Below, one piece after another: positions 61,397 through 64,000 of a stretch of 64,000 nucleotides of DNA. Position numbers and translations under genes: made by a program. The stretch is taken from NCBI RefSeq assembly GCF_039654945.1, contig NW_027361794.1, positions 18,104,001 through 18,168,000 of the forward strand. The letters are read 5' to 3'. The notes under the pieces were generated by a model that worked only from the letters and a program-made list of their open reading frames with translations, was not told the origin of the DNA and ran no database searches. The stretch comes from Dendrobates tinctorius. Taxonomy: Eukaryota. Each line of letters starts with the position of its first letter. Position 1 is the stretch's first letter.

Positions 61397-64000
61397 TTTT
61401 ACTCTTCGCCACGACAGCACCCACTTGGAGAGAGGGATCCGCCCATAGGAACAGGAATCCTACAGAGATAAAAGAGGGCGGTCCGCCTCTCCTCCTCAGT
61501 TGGTTTCCTGTTCCTATAGGAACCACAGGATTTCTACAAAGAAGACATACCTGGGCCAAGGAACCGCCTGTGCAGTGTCTGTGCGATCGGCAAGGGTTCC
61601 GGTCCAGAAGCAGCGTCGGGGGAGTGCTGGAGTCCGGCTCCCTCCTCGTCTGGGACAGCGGCAGCGCAAGGAGAAACACCGGTACCGGGTGTAGCCGACC
61701 GGGGGTTTTCTGGTAAATCATACACGTCACCGGGATTTTGGAGACATCCATCCCGGTTCGTGTGGGGGTGCAGAGCCGAGATGAAGGAAGCATCTACGGC
61801 GTTCTAGGCCTCAGCATCAGGGAGGACGCACATACAGCGCTGGGAGGAGGCAAGGAGGAACTTCCGGGTTAACGGAGGTTCCTCAGTCCACGGAGCATGC
61901 TCGGTGTCACACAGCCGCGCGAGATCAGCAGGGAAGAGCACTCCCCACCCCTTCCAGGAAGAAAAAAAAGAGGAGATGGTTTAATGCAGCAGCGCCGGCA
62001 ACTGTATTTCCAGGCCGGTTGCAGGCTAATGAGCGCGCCGCAGGCAGGCGCACCTGGGAGGGGGAGGTACCAGGTATTGAAGGGGATATAAAAAAACGGT
62101 GGGGATATGGATAGAGCGTGCAGACATGTCTTCCCCAAGACAGGACACGCAGCCCCAGGGAGGTGACACAGCGGCAGCCAAGGATCACTCACGTCGAGGC
62201 TCCTCGGATAGGAGCCACAGAAGCCATGCCAATAGAACCCCTTCTCAGCCTCCTGAGCCGGTACCTACAGCTTCTCTGGGTGAGTGGACGACTCTCTGCC
62301 TATCAAGCTGTTAAAGAATCTCTCTCTCCCTCTCTCTCTCCCTCTCTCTCCCCCCCAAAAAAAAAAATCTGCTACGTCCACCGTAGGCTAAGAGGAAAGA
62401 AAAATCAAAAAGCAAAGAATGTGCCCTCTGTACACGTCCCTTACCGGACTCTTCTACAAAGAGACTGTGCAAAAAAATGTATAAATGAGACTGCAAAACA
62501 GGCTTCAACACCAGTCACAGACATAAGGGCTATAATAAGAGAGGAGTTACAGGCCCTAACCCAGTCTAGTGGCATATCTAAGAAAACTAAGACTAACAAA
62601 TCGACTGCAGTTAGCTTAGATACGGATGAGGACGAAGCAGTAGTCTCCGACAGCTCCAATACGTCTACATCATCATCTTCCTCGGATATCAAGGGACGTT
62701 CATGTTTTCCATTAGATAACATGGACAATTTGGTGAAATCAGTGAGAAACACCATGGGATGCGCAGAGACTAAAGAACCGCAGACGACACAAGACATTAT
62801 GTTTGCGGGATTGACAGATAGGAGGAGAAGGGTTTTTCCCGTTATACCAGCGATAAAAGCCCTAGTGAGAAAGGAATGGGAGAAGCAGGACCAGAGAGGT
62901 TATCTTCCCTCGACGTCAAAAAGAAGGTATCCCTTCAGCGACGAGGAATTGTCAACGTGGTCTAAGGTCCCGAAAGTCGACGCGGCAGTCGCCTTAGCCT
63001 CAAAACAGTCGGCCTTACCAGTAGAAGACGCAGGGATTCTAAAAGACCCACTGGACCGGAAAGCGGATGCCTCACTAAAGAGGGCATGGGAGGCAGCTAT
63101 GGGCACGTTTAAGCCGGCAATAGCCAGTACGTGCACAGCTCGCTCTATGCTGGTCTGGATTGATCAGCTAGACCAACAAATAGAACAAAAAGTCTCCAGA
63201 GAGAAGCTACGAGCTGTGATACCACTGATTCGTGGCGCAGCGGCATACATAGCAGATGCGTCAGCTGACTCGCTACGCATGTCAACCCGAACAGCAAGCT
63301 TAATAACGCCAGGCGTAGCCTGTGGCTTAAGAGCTGGAAAAGTGACACCCAATCCAAGGCAAAGCTCTGTGCCATACCTTGTGAGGGTGAGTTTTTATTT
63401 GGAAAAGCTTTGGATGAAATCCTTGCTAAAGCAAAGGAAAGGAAAAAAGGATTCCCTAACCCCTGTCTCCCATTTTATAGGAGGGCATTTAGGAGACGAC
63501 CATTTGGTAGGGGAAGACCAACAGAGAATCAAAATCGCTGGGCCACGAAGGAAGGGAAAGGCAAAGGTGCTATGTTTAGAGGATCCTCCTTCCGCAGAGA
63601 TCGGAGCTAAAGAACCAGTCCCTCCAGTAGGAGGGAGACTAAAATTTTTCCTTCAGGAATGGGAGAAAATCATGGCCAGCCCTTGGGTCCTAGGCATTAT
63701 TAGGGAAGGACTAAAAATAGAGTTCCATCATGTACCCCGTAACTCAGTCATCGTAACATCCCTCAGCTCCCCAGTCCAACAACGGGCCTTAGAGACTGAG
63801 ATTTTCAGTCTGCTGAACAAAAAAGTCTTGGTCCAGGTGCCTAGAGGACAGGAAGGGAGAGGATTTTACTCTCCTCTCTTTCTGATACCTAAACCCGATG
63901 GTTCCTTCAGGACGATAATTAACCTGAAGAAACTAAATTAATTTATAATAAATCATAAATTTAAAATGGAGTCTATTAGATCTACAATTAAGCACCTTTT
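61397..64000 (+). mobile_element. DIRS1-like retrotransposon (mirror), running off the window end
   Basis: Left terminus TTTTACTCTTCGCCACGACAGCACC, gag and start of RT, mirror of 3560-6175. Confidence 0.95.

Larger units (their letters stand above)
3560..64000. repeat. Giant inverted duplication: arms 3560-31460 and 32146-64000, spacer 31461-32145
   Basis: Nearly every ORF has a reverse-strand twin with locally constant coordinate sums (63606 at the axis, 63590, 68710, 67569, 67560). The mirror of 1-3559 would lie beyond the window. Confidence 0.98.

Noticed and set aside
62118-63941. 607-aa gag-pol fusion ORF in the right DIRS
   Set aside because: It is a chimera of frames produced by decay frameshifts. 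The true gag C-terminus lies in 63410-63610, and the left copy has a stop at the equivalent site.
3560-64000. Simple fold-back sequencing chimera
   Set aside because: The arms differ by a CR1 insertion, a 1141-bp deletion, ZF and VNTR copy number and many SNPs. A haplotype misjoin is not excluded.

Overview
Eukaryotic, repeat-rich DNA, most likely from a frog. The anuran assignment is an inference from the oocyte/gastrula-type KRAB-C2H2 gene structure and the TE set. Almost the whole window is one giant inverted duplication. The left arm (at least 3560-31460) mirrors the right arm (32146-64000) around a 685-bp unique spacer, and the axis lies inside the RT of a Penelope-like element (PLE). 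Each arm carries a divergently oriented KRAB zinc-finger gene. A 55-bp tandem array sits at the gene's 5' end and a PLE with a nested solo LTR sits in its last intron. The zinc-finger tail is split by an L1 remnant and a DIRS retrotransposon, and the L1 itself holds a Harbinger MITE and an LTR element. Upstream of each gene lie decayed Gypsy, Kolobok, Tc1 and Harbinger elements. The arms differ by a CR1 insertion, a 1141-bp deletion, repeat copy number (about 17 vs 77), zinc-finger content (9 vs 8) and different disabling lesions in the gene. The most unusual items are a pol-less LTR element (tRNA-Ser primer site) encoding a cold-shock-domain protein, and the PLE-centred palindrome. All calls were made by eye without database searches, so boundaries are approximate where stated.
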